Below are positions 13,531 through 26,000 of a DNA stretch of 64,000 bases, piece after piece. Origin of the DNA: Paraspadella gotoi (Eukaryota; Animalia; Chaetognatha); NCBI GenBank assembly GCA_051294375.1, contig CM119271.1:16064770-16128769 (forward strand), in the 5' to 3' direction. The stretch's first letter is position 1. Every line of letters begins with the position of its first letter. The notes beneath the pieces were generated by a model, which was given only the letters and a program-made list of their open reading frames with translations, was not told the origin of the DNA and ran no database searches. The translations under genes were made by a program, and so were the position numbers.

Positions 13531-14328
13531 TTTTTTTTTTCGCCGGAAAGGCTCTCGTTGGCGTCGCGCGGGGAAAAAAAGTTTTTGCGGTGCTGAGGTT
13601 CGTTCGTTGGCGTCATATTGACAAACGATATCCTTAGCGTCGCGAATGTTCATTTACGTCGTAAAAAAAAAACTAGTTCTTGGCGCCGCAAAGTTCATTT
13701 TGTTGGCGCCGCCGAGTCGTTGACAAAATCGCTCCCCAGTGGCACCGCAACAAAGGGAACCTCATTTAAATTCGCGCGGGAGATTTTGAAATAAATTCGG
13801 CGGCGCCGATATTAGGTTTTGGGGGAGGGAGTTTAGTACATTTAGTCGCGCCGTTTCTCTTTTTATTTTCCTCAATTATAAAGCAAAAAAAATAAACAAA
13901 CAAAATGAAATAATTTTTTTTAAAAATTGACAAATTACGAAACAATACTGATCTTTTTTTCTCAAAACCGCCCGTCCAGTGGATCATCGGCCACTCGCGG
14001 AATTTCGGGGCTTTTCTTTTTTTTTCGTTTGCAAATTTTTTTTTTCATATGTAACACAGTCTTCTTGTATCATTCTCTTCACGCCCGCCCCCCTCTTTTT
14101 TATTTTCATTTCTTTTTCTTTTTTTTTTTGATCACTTCCCTCAGATGTCCCTATCTTTCTTTTTTCTCTTTCTTCCTCTTCCCCCTTCCTCCCTCCTCTT
14201 TTCCCTCTCCCCCCTCCCACTTCCTCTCGTATTTTTCCCAGTAGTATATTTATTTGTCATTTACTGCCATTTAGCATCGAAAACGAAAATTATACTTAAA
14301 CATAGAATTTTTATAAAAATATCTCGAG

Positions 14329-17300
14329 ATGTGGGAGGAGACTGAGTCGATGGACGGCGAGGAGGAAGAGGAGGACGCGGATCCCGTCGTCAAGGAGATC
14401 CCGGTTTTTCTCTCCAAACCCAAGACTCAGAATCTCTACCTCTTTCAATATCCGGTTCGACCCACCGAGATGCCTTACCAAGGGGTGCAGAGTAAGTTTA
14501 ATTTTTTTTCTTTAGGATTTTAAGATTTGTGTAAAAAAAAAATGATGACTTATTGATGACTTATTAGTAATTGTATGCAATAGGAATAGGATATCTTTAT
14601 AACTATTTCATTATATAGCAGTTACTGCGTGTTATATTGTATATTATTTTGTTAACCCAGCGGCTCGTATGAAGCCTAAACAAAAGCGCATCGAACTCGT
14701 GGTCGGCGTCGACTCTTCCTCCTCCAACTACGATCGCGGCAAAGGTGAGCAAATCTCCATCAACGCCGGCGACGCCCTCGCCGCTCCCGAAGAACGCCTT
14801 TTCGCCGCCGGCGTCATGAACAAGCAGACGCTCGCGTCCACATTAGCCGTCGAGTCTACGTCGCGGTACGCATCCCTATATTAATTAAATAATTATGATA
14901 ACCGAGGAAAAATAATCGCCAAATAATGTAAGAAACCTCGGAAAATGGAATCAAAAGTTATGAGAAATTATTTAAACTGCTGTAAATGAGATTAAGTAAC
15001 TCATTGCTTTACAATTTTTCTTTCAGTTTTGCGGCGGGAATTTTATTGAGTCGGAAGCGAAAGTTGGACGAAGGGGAAGAGGAGGAGGAGGAGAAGGCGA
15101 GGTCCGAGTTGGAATTACATTTGACTCCTTTGGATGGAATCGCGCAGTTGAGGCCCAGTTATGATTATTTGGGTAAGGAAAAGATATATATATTAAAATT
15201 ACGATAGCATTATTTAAAAAGAATTTACAAAATATTTAATTGAATATTTGAGACGCGGCCGACGTCCACACCTCGAAGCGAGAGGCGGAGGCCAACTCCT
15301 CCATGGACGAGGAGGAAGAGGAGGAGGCGCAGCAGGTGATCGTCCGCTACTCGCGCGGCGCCAGAGGAGGTGGGCGTGGCGGAGGAGGAGGAAGAGGAGT
15401 CACTGGGTGGAGGAGGATGCAGAGAAAGTTGGAGGAGGAGCCCTGGGTCTCTGGTGAGTAATATTTGTCATGTTTCATTGATGTATTTGTTATAAACGTT
15501 ACTTCGTTTTCATCCGTACATTTACAATAGACGTTAGAAAATATATGTTAGTCGTTCCATGTCATATCTAAATTTTACATTAGACAGTAAAACATTATAA
15601 AAATTGCAAAATTACTTAAGTTAGACATTAAGCCATGTACATTAGAGTGATGTGAAAATGATAAAATTTTAGAAAATTAAAATTTAGCATATAAAACATG
15701 AACATAAAAACTAATAAAAATATTTTGGTAAATTTATTTTTTAATTTTATACATTAGTGGGCACCAGTGAGCTATATTTATATATAGTAATAAGTATATA
15801 ATAGGCTAAAATTTCAAAATGCAATTTTTTAAATTTTAAGATCGGATTTGGATTCCTTGCAAAAAGTTATTATAAGAAAGTACAATTCTTTTTTAAAAAT
15901 TATTTTATTAAGTTAGTCAAAAATGTAAAAAACTATATTTAAGACGCCGATTTTGAATTTCCAGCTTTAAAATATAGTTTTTTGTAATTTTAACCTACTT
16001 AATGACATAATTTTTGAAAAAGATTTATACTTTCTTATATTAACTTTTAACGAGGAATCTGAATCTGTTCTCAGAATTAAAAAAAACCATTTTAAAATTT
16101 TGACATTATATAAGGGTAGTACTATATACAAAATAAGCTGACTGGGCTACTATATTTATAAAAAAAGAAAAATAACTACAGATTAGTATTCACTAATATG
16201 ATAGTTTTCAAGATATAACTGCTAAATTTTGATTCCAAACTTTCACTTCACCCTAATGTACACTGTACAATAGACATTAAAATATTACATTAGACACGAA
16301 GGCATTACATATAGAAACTTTACTCAAGACAAAAAAACATTATGTCAGACATTAAAACAGTTAATATTGACATTAAAGCAGTGACAATTGACATTAAAAC
16401 ATTACGTTAAGACATTCGATGGCACGGACTCCTGCCACCACACGAGTTAAGCCGACGACTTCGCGGCGAAGACGACGGAATCAAAAGAGAAGAGGCGGAA
16501 GAGGAAGAGGATAAATCGGGAGAAGAGGTTTTCCTCGAGGAGGCGCCGACCGATTACATCAAAGCCCTCATGCCGTCGGGACTCGAGGAGAGCGAGAATG
16601 TGAGTGGCATGACTGCGGACGGGGAATATTTGTTGACGATTAGGATTCAATTGAAAATATTAAACATAAGGAGTAGTCGGGCATTGCCTAGGTTCACCCC
16701 GCCTATAAGCATGACACCTTCAGTCCTGACCCGGTGGCTCATTGAGTAAAGCCATCAGCTCATGACCACTAGGTACCGGGTTCAATCCCAACCCGGTACC
16801 TACCCTGTGGGAAGCGTGAGGACGGCCGTAAGCCGCCTTGGGGGCGTGGCAACCCCTCAAGCCTGGTTCCAAGCCCAGGACCCGTTCCATGGCTACTAAA
16901 GGGGGTTATAGAAGTTACGGATAGTCATCTTCAGCCCACTTAGCGCCTTATCCACAGTTGGTTAATTAACTATTTCTCTTCAGCTAAGAAAATAGTAAAA
17001 TAGTTCAAGACGGCGATGCATTTTGTTTTATATTTATTCTTCTTTGGTTTAAATATTTTTTATGCGGTTTCGATGGTTTGTTTCTCGGGCGATGAAGACT
17101 CGTTCTATGGCGGAAGGGATTCCATCTAGAAAATCCTAGTCTTCGTCGATAATAAATTCGCCGAATTAAAAATGTTTTCAATTTTCAATTTTTGACGAAA
17201 TTTTAAATTTTAAAACCTTAAATATCTTGAAGAAAGCCTTTGACTGCAGTATGCAAATGAGATTTAGATTAAAACTTGCTTTTTTTTTAAGGTCCAGCCG

Positions 17301-19170
17301 GCGATGCCTTCCAACGTATTGTCTCTGATGGAGCTGAAGCGACTCTCAACGTCAGAGGCGATAACCACTTTGCTCACCAACGCCAAAGTCATGCGTCTCT
17401 CGCAGATTCTGCAACTTCTTCCGCAAAAGGCCTCTTGTCTACCGCAAGAGATCCTTCGCTTGCTGCAGCAGGTGGCTGTACTTATCCAAGGCTGTTGGGT
17501 GGTGAAGAGCGAAGTCCTTTACCCGGAAAAGTTTTGCAGTCGACACTCTGGCGTGGGGGCCACTCTCCTCTGCCGCGGAAGGGACTACATGTTGTGGAAG
17601 GTGATGAAATCATATCATCTTGGATGTCGACTGCGACTCTTAACCCCGTTTCTACTTCCATTTCTCTTAACCCTTTTAGTTCACTCAATCCCGTCACGTG
17701 ATCCGAAAAGACATCCAGTCCACGACGAAGCTTCCTGCCGAGGACGTCCTCGAGATGCTCGAGGGCGTGGCCAGAATGCGTCACGGCCACGGATGGCACT
17801 TCCGGTTGGATATGGACACCGAGTTCTGCACCAAACATCCCGATATTGTCGCCAGGCAAACGGCTTTCTGGAGCCAGAGGGTGCAGAGCCTGATCAATCA
17901 GGCGAGTTCGTTAGATCGGCCGCATTTAATATTTATTATGTAATTAGTCATGAGTTAATTATTAACTTATATTGCAAAATTCGTTCAGGGGTTGAAAATC
18001 AACGTTCATGCTGCCGCTTCCGCCCCTGAGATACATGTGAGTCCCGTTTATATTGATAATTTATCTTTATTATTATTTTTTATAGTCAAGCATTATTGAT
18101 ATATAATCGCTTTATAATTAAATTTTGATCTCAAAGGCGAATAATAATTAATAGTTAATAATTAAATTTTGATCTCAAAGGCGAAACCGAGAAATCGATT
18201 GAATTCCGAAGTTTCTTCTTCCGACGAATCTGACGGCGGAAGACGCGCCTCTCATTCCCCCAGGTCTGGCCGCTTCTTTGTAAATTAATAATAATAATTA
18301 ACTATATGACAATATATTTAACGTATTTAGGCTTCCCCGCAGTCGTAAGTCGTCCTTCCGAAGTTCTTCGTCCCCGAAAATGACGAAGAAGGTTAGTTAA
18401 GTAAAAATACATTTGAACGGACCTGGGATGGTCAATGGTCATTAGTTAACTTAGGTTTATATTCATTGTTTTGTACCCAGGGCTCTAAATCAAAGACGAA
18501 GGGCGGCGCCAGTCCACAACAACAACAACAACCTCTTTCCAACTCAATTCGATCTCTTAAATCAGGTGAACGGACAATTCGCTTTAATTCCTTGTTAAAT
18601 TTGTTGTACATTTCTTTATTTTTAATAGTTATTGTCTGATGTTTTAAATGATTAACTTTCTTTTCTCCGAAGACTCGAAAGATGCGATGGAAGTGGAAGA
18701 AATCGCCCCGCGTCCGGGCGGCACCGACGCCGCCGCCGACACCGCAGCTAGCGCGACCCTCGCCGCAGCAGCCAACGCCTTACTTAACGGGGATTCCAAA
18801 AGCGGATGTCATCCCGAGTTTCGCCATTTTATCGGTTCGTATCATTATGGTCTTTTTCATTATCATCGTCTTTATCATTTCAGTACGCACTGCGTAGATC
18901 TGTTTTCGTTCTAACTATCCTAATATTGACCATCTGTAATAATATTAATAATATAATAATTATCATTACTACCTCCTTCAGCGGAGAAGGTGGCATCGGA
19001 GTCCCTGATGAAACTGTCGGACTTGAAGCGGATGTTTCAATATCGTTTGGCTGAATTACATCCGGGTTCGCGATTAGGAGAGATGGGGTTCAACGAGAAG
19101 ATGGTCGAAGCCGCCGTCGTTGAATCCGGTTCGATTTATATTTAATTTATTATTTCAAGATAATTATATA

Positions 19171-19228
<58 letters not shown>

Positions 19229-19602
19229 GGCGGAGTTCGGGTTCGAATCCCCTGGCCCAAAGGCTCCGATTGTCCCGAGGAGCCTCTCTACGCGATTCTT
19301 AGGACGGACGACGACTTACGAAGCTTGAGGCCTCTCGTACTGAGGATCTTCGCCGAGACGGGGAAATGCTCAGGTTGATATTACATTAACTACTTTTAAT
19401 CAATATTTATATCAAATTAATAAAAGGTTTGTTCTTTTTTCCAGTGAAAACTTTTCGATCTAAATTGGAAGAGATTTGGCGAAAAGAGGAGACAAAGTCG
19501 GCGACGTCTTCTCTGCCGGAGGAAACGTTGAAGAGACTCCGGTCGGAACTCTGCGTCTCTAAAGCCTCGGCCGTTTTTTTAAAGGGAACTCTAGGCTCTT
19601 GA
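14329..19602 (+). CDS. POLR3E: RNA polymerase III subunit RPC5 (Sin-like), multi-exon
   Basis: DPVVKEIPVFLSK...LYLFQYPVRP, MKPKQKRIELVVGVDSSSSNYDRGKGEQI, LHLTPLDGIAQLRPSYDYL, LQQVAVLIQGCWVVKSEVLYP. Stop TGA at 19600-19602. Confidence 0.93.
15636..16262. mobile_element. Foldback/MITE-like DNA element, copy 2 (POLR3E intron)
   Basis: TGTACATTAGAGTGATGTGAAAA...CTTTCACTTCACCCTAATGTACA; same family as 9961-10544. Embedded in degenerate GACATTA repeats. Confidence 0.8.
16728..16910 (+). mobile_element. Second tRNA-headed SINE-like element
   Basis: A-box-like TGGCTCATTGAG and B-box GGGTTCAATCCC, followed by a GC-rich body inside an AT-rich intron. Only one copy is seen. Confidence 0.5.
19173..19225. 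repeat. (CT)n microsatellite acting as the polypyrimidine tract
   Basis: Perfect CT run directly before an acceptor CAG. A similar run lies at 32403-32460. Confidence 0.9.
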
Positions 19603-20089
19603 CAGCGGCATTCTCAACGATTTTCCATTTACAGTCAGGCCCTCTTAAATACAATCAATACAATTAAAAGAAAAGCGTCTGAACTTATCCATCTTTGAGC
19701 TGACAACCTTGGCCTCGTTGATCCCCCGACTCCATTTTGTATCAAATTGACTGGCTGGTGTCTTGCAGAAAAACGTTGCCCCAATATCAAATCCCCCGTT
19801 ATCAGTTACGAATTAGTTAGTCTAATTTATTTTTAGTTCTTTGCCGACCTCGTTTTGTTATTTCGCCGACTTTTCTTTTTTTCAGTTTAGTTTTATTTTT
19901 TTGTTAAATTGAAAAAAGAAAGAAACTAACTCTGTCCTCGCCGAACGTCGAATGGTGCTAAAAAAAGGCTTCGCAATATCTAAACCTGAAAAAGAGAGTC
20001 GAATCTCCGCCTCAAAAAATCTCTGACATAATTTTATTCTTTTATTTATTCTCGTCTCTCCTTTTTCCGGCGCCGATTTCTCGGCGACG

Positions 20090-23000
20090 ATGAGTCTTGT
20101 CTCGATGCCGACGACGCCGTTCGCCTCGTTCCGGCGACGAAACGGCGCCGGGTGGTTGAGCTCCTCTTCTTTCCTCCTACTTCACCTCCTCTGCCTTATT
20201 CTTATTCCTTTATCTTCTCTCTCGCCTTCTCCTCCGTCGACAGACAACGACTTCAACTGCACAGTCACGACAGAAGACGGAAGAATCATCGATCTTTCCA
20301 GGTTTCTTAGTTTTCTTATTAATTATTAATAATCTTTGTAGTTAAATATATGCGTTTTATTTCGAATTCAACATTTATTTTTCTGGTGGCTTCACGCCGA
20401 AAAGTCACAAATTAAAATGATAAAAATAGGAAACGTAAAAAGTAAATTTTTTCCCCCTTTAAATCAGCATAGAAGAAAACGTAGTTAATTCAACATAGTT
20501 AATTCAGTACAGACAATAACGTCTAACAAGACAAGGTCTAATGATTAAACAGGATGATTAATTAATTAGAGTAGAGAAAATAATTATTTCTTTGAATGTG
20601 TAGGCGATGTGCTTTCTAAAGTAAAAAGTATCGCTCTTCTGTAGATCTTTCGTATCTGTACATTAACTCCTCGTTTTCACAAGTACAAATTTGCCGTTAC
20701 TAAAATTGTTTTGAGTTGAGCAATAGGATAGAAGTCTCTTTACTTTGCAGCCTCTCACTGCCGGAAAAGAAGTGGCACTCGATCCCCGATCGTCGCCCAT
20801 TTCTCTCCTATGACATCACCGTTTGTCGTCGCCTCATCAATCACCCAGAGGAGGCCTGTCGAGTGGCCAGCGCCTGTCAGAAAGTCTCCTCCGAGAATGT
20901 TTACAAGAACTTGGGCAATCCCGTTGGTGAGTTCTTTTTTTTAAGGTAGGTATCCACCGCCCAGTGCTAAATAATCTGTTGAGTATTGACGAATAGTAAA
21001 ATAAAGCGGGTAATTAGTATGTGAAGGCAAATTATTAGGTTGACAAGAATATACTTATTTATCGACCAAGCAATGACAGGTTATGACAAAGGTGAAGACA
21101 AGTATTTAAGTAAATTCAATTATTATTAGAAAGGTTCTTTCTTGAGATTCGATGTTGAGGAGAATTCCACGAGTTCTCTTTGCAATCCCGACCGTCGATC
21201 CCTCCGTCTGTCTGTCGGTTATTGATCGATCTGAGATTGAAGTCTGTGATTCGTCGGCTGTCTGATGACCAATCACGTCGCAAGACTGACCAAGTCCGAC
21301 GTTTATGCCCTCACCCGACCCGTTCTCTCTCCCTCAGGCCCGCCCGTCCTCAACGCGGACTCTTCGGTGACCCTTTTCTATCGCAACGGGACTTTTTGCC
21401 ATCGCGCTCAAAAACCGCGAAAGACGAGGATCGACTTTGAATGTTCGACGGCGGAAGAAGGACCCAAGTTTGTTGGGGAGACTGCGGACTGCGAGTACGA
21501 GATACTTTGGTCCACGAGGATTCTCTGCCGACCCGAGGAAGGTTTGGATTGGGAGGAAGGGATCCTTACTCTTAACCAGGATAATATCCAATCGGTCGAA
21601 ATATAATGCCATTAATCTCATTTGCATATTGTAATTGTTTTACAAAATTCCCTTTTTTCTGTTTTGAAATACTTAATTAGTTTACGATTAGCCTAGTGTC
21701 AATTCAATTTTAACACAAGTAGATCCACGTTGTGTATAGGCTAAGTAGTTCATGGGGCCCGAAACAGAACGTTTCTCTCTTTGAAATAAAACGGGACGAA
21801 ATTATGTTCGGTAATTCGTTTTAATGAATGACAGAGAAATCATTGCGTGGGTCATGAATTTTTTACGCAATTTCAGTTAACAAGCATTTTTAGGAGTCAA
21901 GAAAACTCATCATTTCGGTTCAGGACTTTTATAGCATCCCCCACATATTTTAAAAAAAGGGAAAAAATAATTTCATTCGGATTTTCTATGAATCTCACTT
22001 TTTACTCCCCCCCCCTCCTACCGCCCCTTCAGTGCCTGTCCCCTGTTCCTTCAACGTGAGCTTCAAATCCTACGATCTCTCCGTCCATCCTTCTCTCCAC
22101 TCAACTCTCTCCACATCCTTCGATCAGGGAGAGATCCTCATCAACTTTTGTCGTCCTCTCGATAATTCGTCCGCCGTCGTCGCCGCCGACGCCGCCAACG
22201 CCATCTACGTCCCCGCCGATTGCGTCGGCAGCGGCGCCTGTTACGTGGACGCGAAGGGACAAGCCCATCCTTTGGGTAAACTATGGTTTTAACGTCAATT
22301 TCGTCGGTTAGAAATGGCTCAAAAGGCCCAGCGTCTTTATAAAAAAAACCGGTTAAAGTTCTAAGTCTTTTTAAATTTGGACCTTTTTAAATTTTTTTAT
22401 ATATATTTATTATTTAAGTATGTTAAATGTAGTTAGTTGCTGTAGAGGTTTTTTAAAAATACAGAGTAAGCTAATAAGTTATTGTCTTTTATTATAAAGA
22501 CCCGTGTCTTTTCAAATGAGCATTCTCAAGTGACGAAACCTTATTTAATTATATATAATTATTAATTAATTATTAATAATTATTTAGTATAAAAGGTACT
22601 CCCCCTTTCCAGGTCTTCCCTCTGACCCCGAAGAAGACGACGATGAAGACTCTATCCTCCTCCGCTTCAGAAAAGGTCGATGCCACGCGGGCGGATTCCG
22701 CGCCACCGTCAGCCTCCACTGCGACCGCCTCAGCCGCCTCTCCGTCTTTCGCGCCGACTCTTGCAGCTTCTCCGTCTTTTGGCGGACTCCGGCGGCGTGC
22801 GGCGGCGAGGACGGCGGGCGGGCGATGTCGACGGTGGCGCCGACCAACGACTGTCGCGTCACCGACGCCTCCACGGGTTTCGTCTACGATCTCTCGCTCA
22901 TTCGCGGACGACCCTTTGTGGTTTCGGCCGGCGACGACGACGAGTGAGTTTGATGGGAGGGGGGGGGGTTTAGTTGTAATTGTCATTGTTGTCAATTGTC

Positions 23001-26000
23001 ATCAATAACATTAATTGGTGTGTGGTGAATCGAACATTGATTATTAACGCATTATATTTCCCCCCTCAAGATTCGTCCTCGTCGTTTGCGGCGCCGTCCC
23101 CGCCGACCAATGCCCCGGCGCCCCCGCCGACGAGGCCGACGCCGATTCCATAGGCGCCTGCAAAAACCGTCGCTCAACTGGGAAATCTTGGTCGACGGGG
23201 GTCTACGATATCAACCCCTCCGTCGTGGGTAAAGACTTTCTCTCTCTCGCTTACACTCACGGATCACCCTGCGAAAGAGTCGGACCTTTCGGCACCAAGA
23301 TGCCCCTCGTCAACCGCACGACCCTCATCACTTTCTCTTGCGACCCGATCGAGATCGGCGTCCCGGTCTTTCTCGGCGAAGACGACGGATGCGTGGCTCA
23401 TTTCCGGTGGCGAACGAAACTCGCCTGTTCCGATCTTCCTCCTTGCGGAGTCACCGTCGACGCTCCCACTTCCTTCGATCCCAAACATCGAACGTTCATC
23501 GATCTCTCGACGGCGCTCGGGTTGGAAAGAGGTTAAATTGTAGCAGAATAATTTGTGGTTCATTTCAAATGAGATTGAGTTCTTCAATCTCATTTACATA
23601 TTGTAGCAGTTTAGATAATTTCTCGTATCTTTCGATACGGTTTTCATAGTAGTCTTATTTTACGGTTTTAGCAACACTTTTAATAGGTTTTATAATAATA
23701 TAAGTTGCCCCCCCCGTTAAAAAGTTAAGTTTCGATTAACTTTTAATTCAATTTATATTTGGATTTAATGTTACGATTCAGGAAACCACAAGGGCCTCTC
23801 CAACCACGCCCACGCTCTCAGCGCCTTTCTCATCAACGTCTGCCGTCCCGTGAATCCGATGCCGATAATTTCCTGTCCGGAAGGCGCCGGGATTTGCCAG
23901 GTCGGGTTCGGCGAGAAGGTGGCCAAGAATTTGGGATTTCCGACGATGAAACCGGAATGGCAGCCATTTGCGAGCGGAGGAGGAGGAGGAGGAATTGTAG
24001 CGGGAGGAGGGGGAGAAGGAGGAGGAGGAGGAGGAGGTGGTCGCGTCGTTCTTCGCTACGACAACGGAGACGTTTGCACCTTCAACTCTTCCTTGAGATT
24101 CTCTTCCGAAATCTGGTTGACCTGTTTTGTCGGATTCGGCATCGGCCGACCTGAGCTCATACTCGGCCCGACGGTCGACGACGCCGCCCATTGTCATTAC
24201 GTCTTTGATTGGCAGACGAACGCCGTCTGCCCGCCAAAGACGGACGAGGAGACGTGCAGCGTTCATTTCGACGAGCTCGATCACCGGTAGGGGGGTGGAC
24301 AACGACAACAAACACACAACAAAATAACAGCAAGCTAACACAAAAAAAACAGCATACAAACAGCAGCGAACAAAAAACAACAAATAAACAACAAACAACA
24401 AATAAATAAGTAAACAAACAAAAATCTATAAGCAAATACCTAAAACCAAGAAGCGAACAATTTTGATTCGAAACTTGGCGCATCATTTACTTTTCCTCTC
24501 AATTCAGATTCCATCTTCGCGCTTTGGCCAAAAAAACCATGAAGATCGAAGGCAAAGACGGCGCCATTTATTACTGGAACATTTGCAACCCCGTCATTCT
24601 GGACGACTTCGAACCCGGTGTCGGACATCCCTGTCGCGGCGTCGGCGTCTGTCGCCTCAAGAACGATACTTATCGATCCTACGGAACCGTGGGTTCGATG
24701 CGTCTTCGTCGTCAAGGCAACCGGGTTTTGATGGAACTGAGCAACGGGACGCGATGTCGCCATCCATTATGGGGTCTCGACTCCGGATCGGACGCCAAGA
24801 TTTTTTTCTCCTGCGATCGAAGGTGCACTTAAAGAACGGGGGGAAGGGGAGTTTAAATGAAAATCGTTTTGATTGGGGGAAAAGTTACAATAGTTTGTGA
24901 GTGACGAACAAACATTTGTAGATTCTCTGATATACGGAGTGTGGGATATGACATTCACTCTGTGTACCTTCAGTGACCGCCGTGATACCCAGTTATTAAA
25001 TCTGAGACGCTCGGTATAGTCAATGACGCAGCCTCGTCCCAATGACTATTAGTCGAGGTTGGGGACGGTCAGGGACGAAGCGGCATTAAGTTTTATCGCC
25101 AAACTTATACTACCGAATATTTACTCTTTATTATATACCGACGAAACTAGCTTAGAGATTAAACGGAAAAGGCTGGATTCAACTCGCAACCGGAACATCA
25201 TCCATCTCTCTTCTTCCAGGGGCGGCCCTCCCATCATCCACGTTGACTCTGATTGCTACGTGATCCTCGAACTTCGATCTCCTCTCATGTGCGCGAGATT
25301 GAGAAGCGATTGTTTTCTCGTCGACGGAGAAAACTTTTACGACTTGAGAATTCTCTCGCAAAACACTGGATTTTTTGGGGTCAATGGAACGGAACGGAAT
25401 GGAAATAAAAATAAGAAGTATCGACTCAACGTTTGTCAGGTGTGGAAGGGGCGGCGAGGGGGAACGAGATCGTTGGCGGAGGAATTCCAACTTTCAATTT
25501 GTCATTTTGTGGTTTATTGTTTTTTTTTTCTCCTGTGACAGTGTAGCTTATTTATCGTCCCAACAAAATGTTTCCCCCAATCGATTTTTCTTTTGCCATA
25601 AGTTTCATCTCTCCTCCCCACAGGACCACACCCACGCCACTCTATTAACAGCTTCCGGCTGCAGGTATTCTTCCTCCTGCATTCAAGACTTTCCCGGCGG
25701 CTCCTGGCGTCGCTTGGGAACGAGCAGAACACAAAACCTGACCAAGACTTCGACGGGACTCAGACTCGTCTACGAAGATGGCGATCCTTGTCCTCATCGT
25801 AGATCCGACAAGAAAAGCACAACCACAACCACAATCAATTTTTATTGCGGCACCCACGTGGGCGCGCCGGTACTCGTCCTCAACCAAAACCAGGACTGCG
25901 ACCCTATCTTCGAGTGGCGCACGCGCGCCGCCTGTCCGGAATCTAATCAAACCTTGCCGGCGGAAGGGGGCGTGGTCATGGATCCCCAGACGGGAACGAG

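Noticed and set aside
21225-21295. C/D snoRNA candidates here and at ~45925 and ~59434
   Set aside because: TGATGA/CTGA-like boxes are present, but spacing, terminal stems and guide complementarity are unconvincing.
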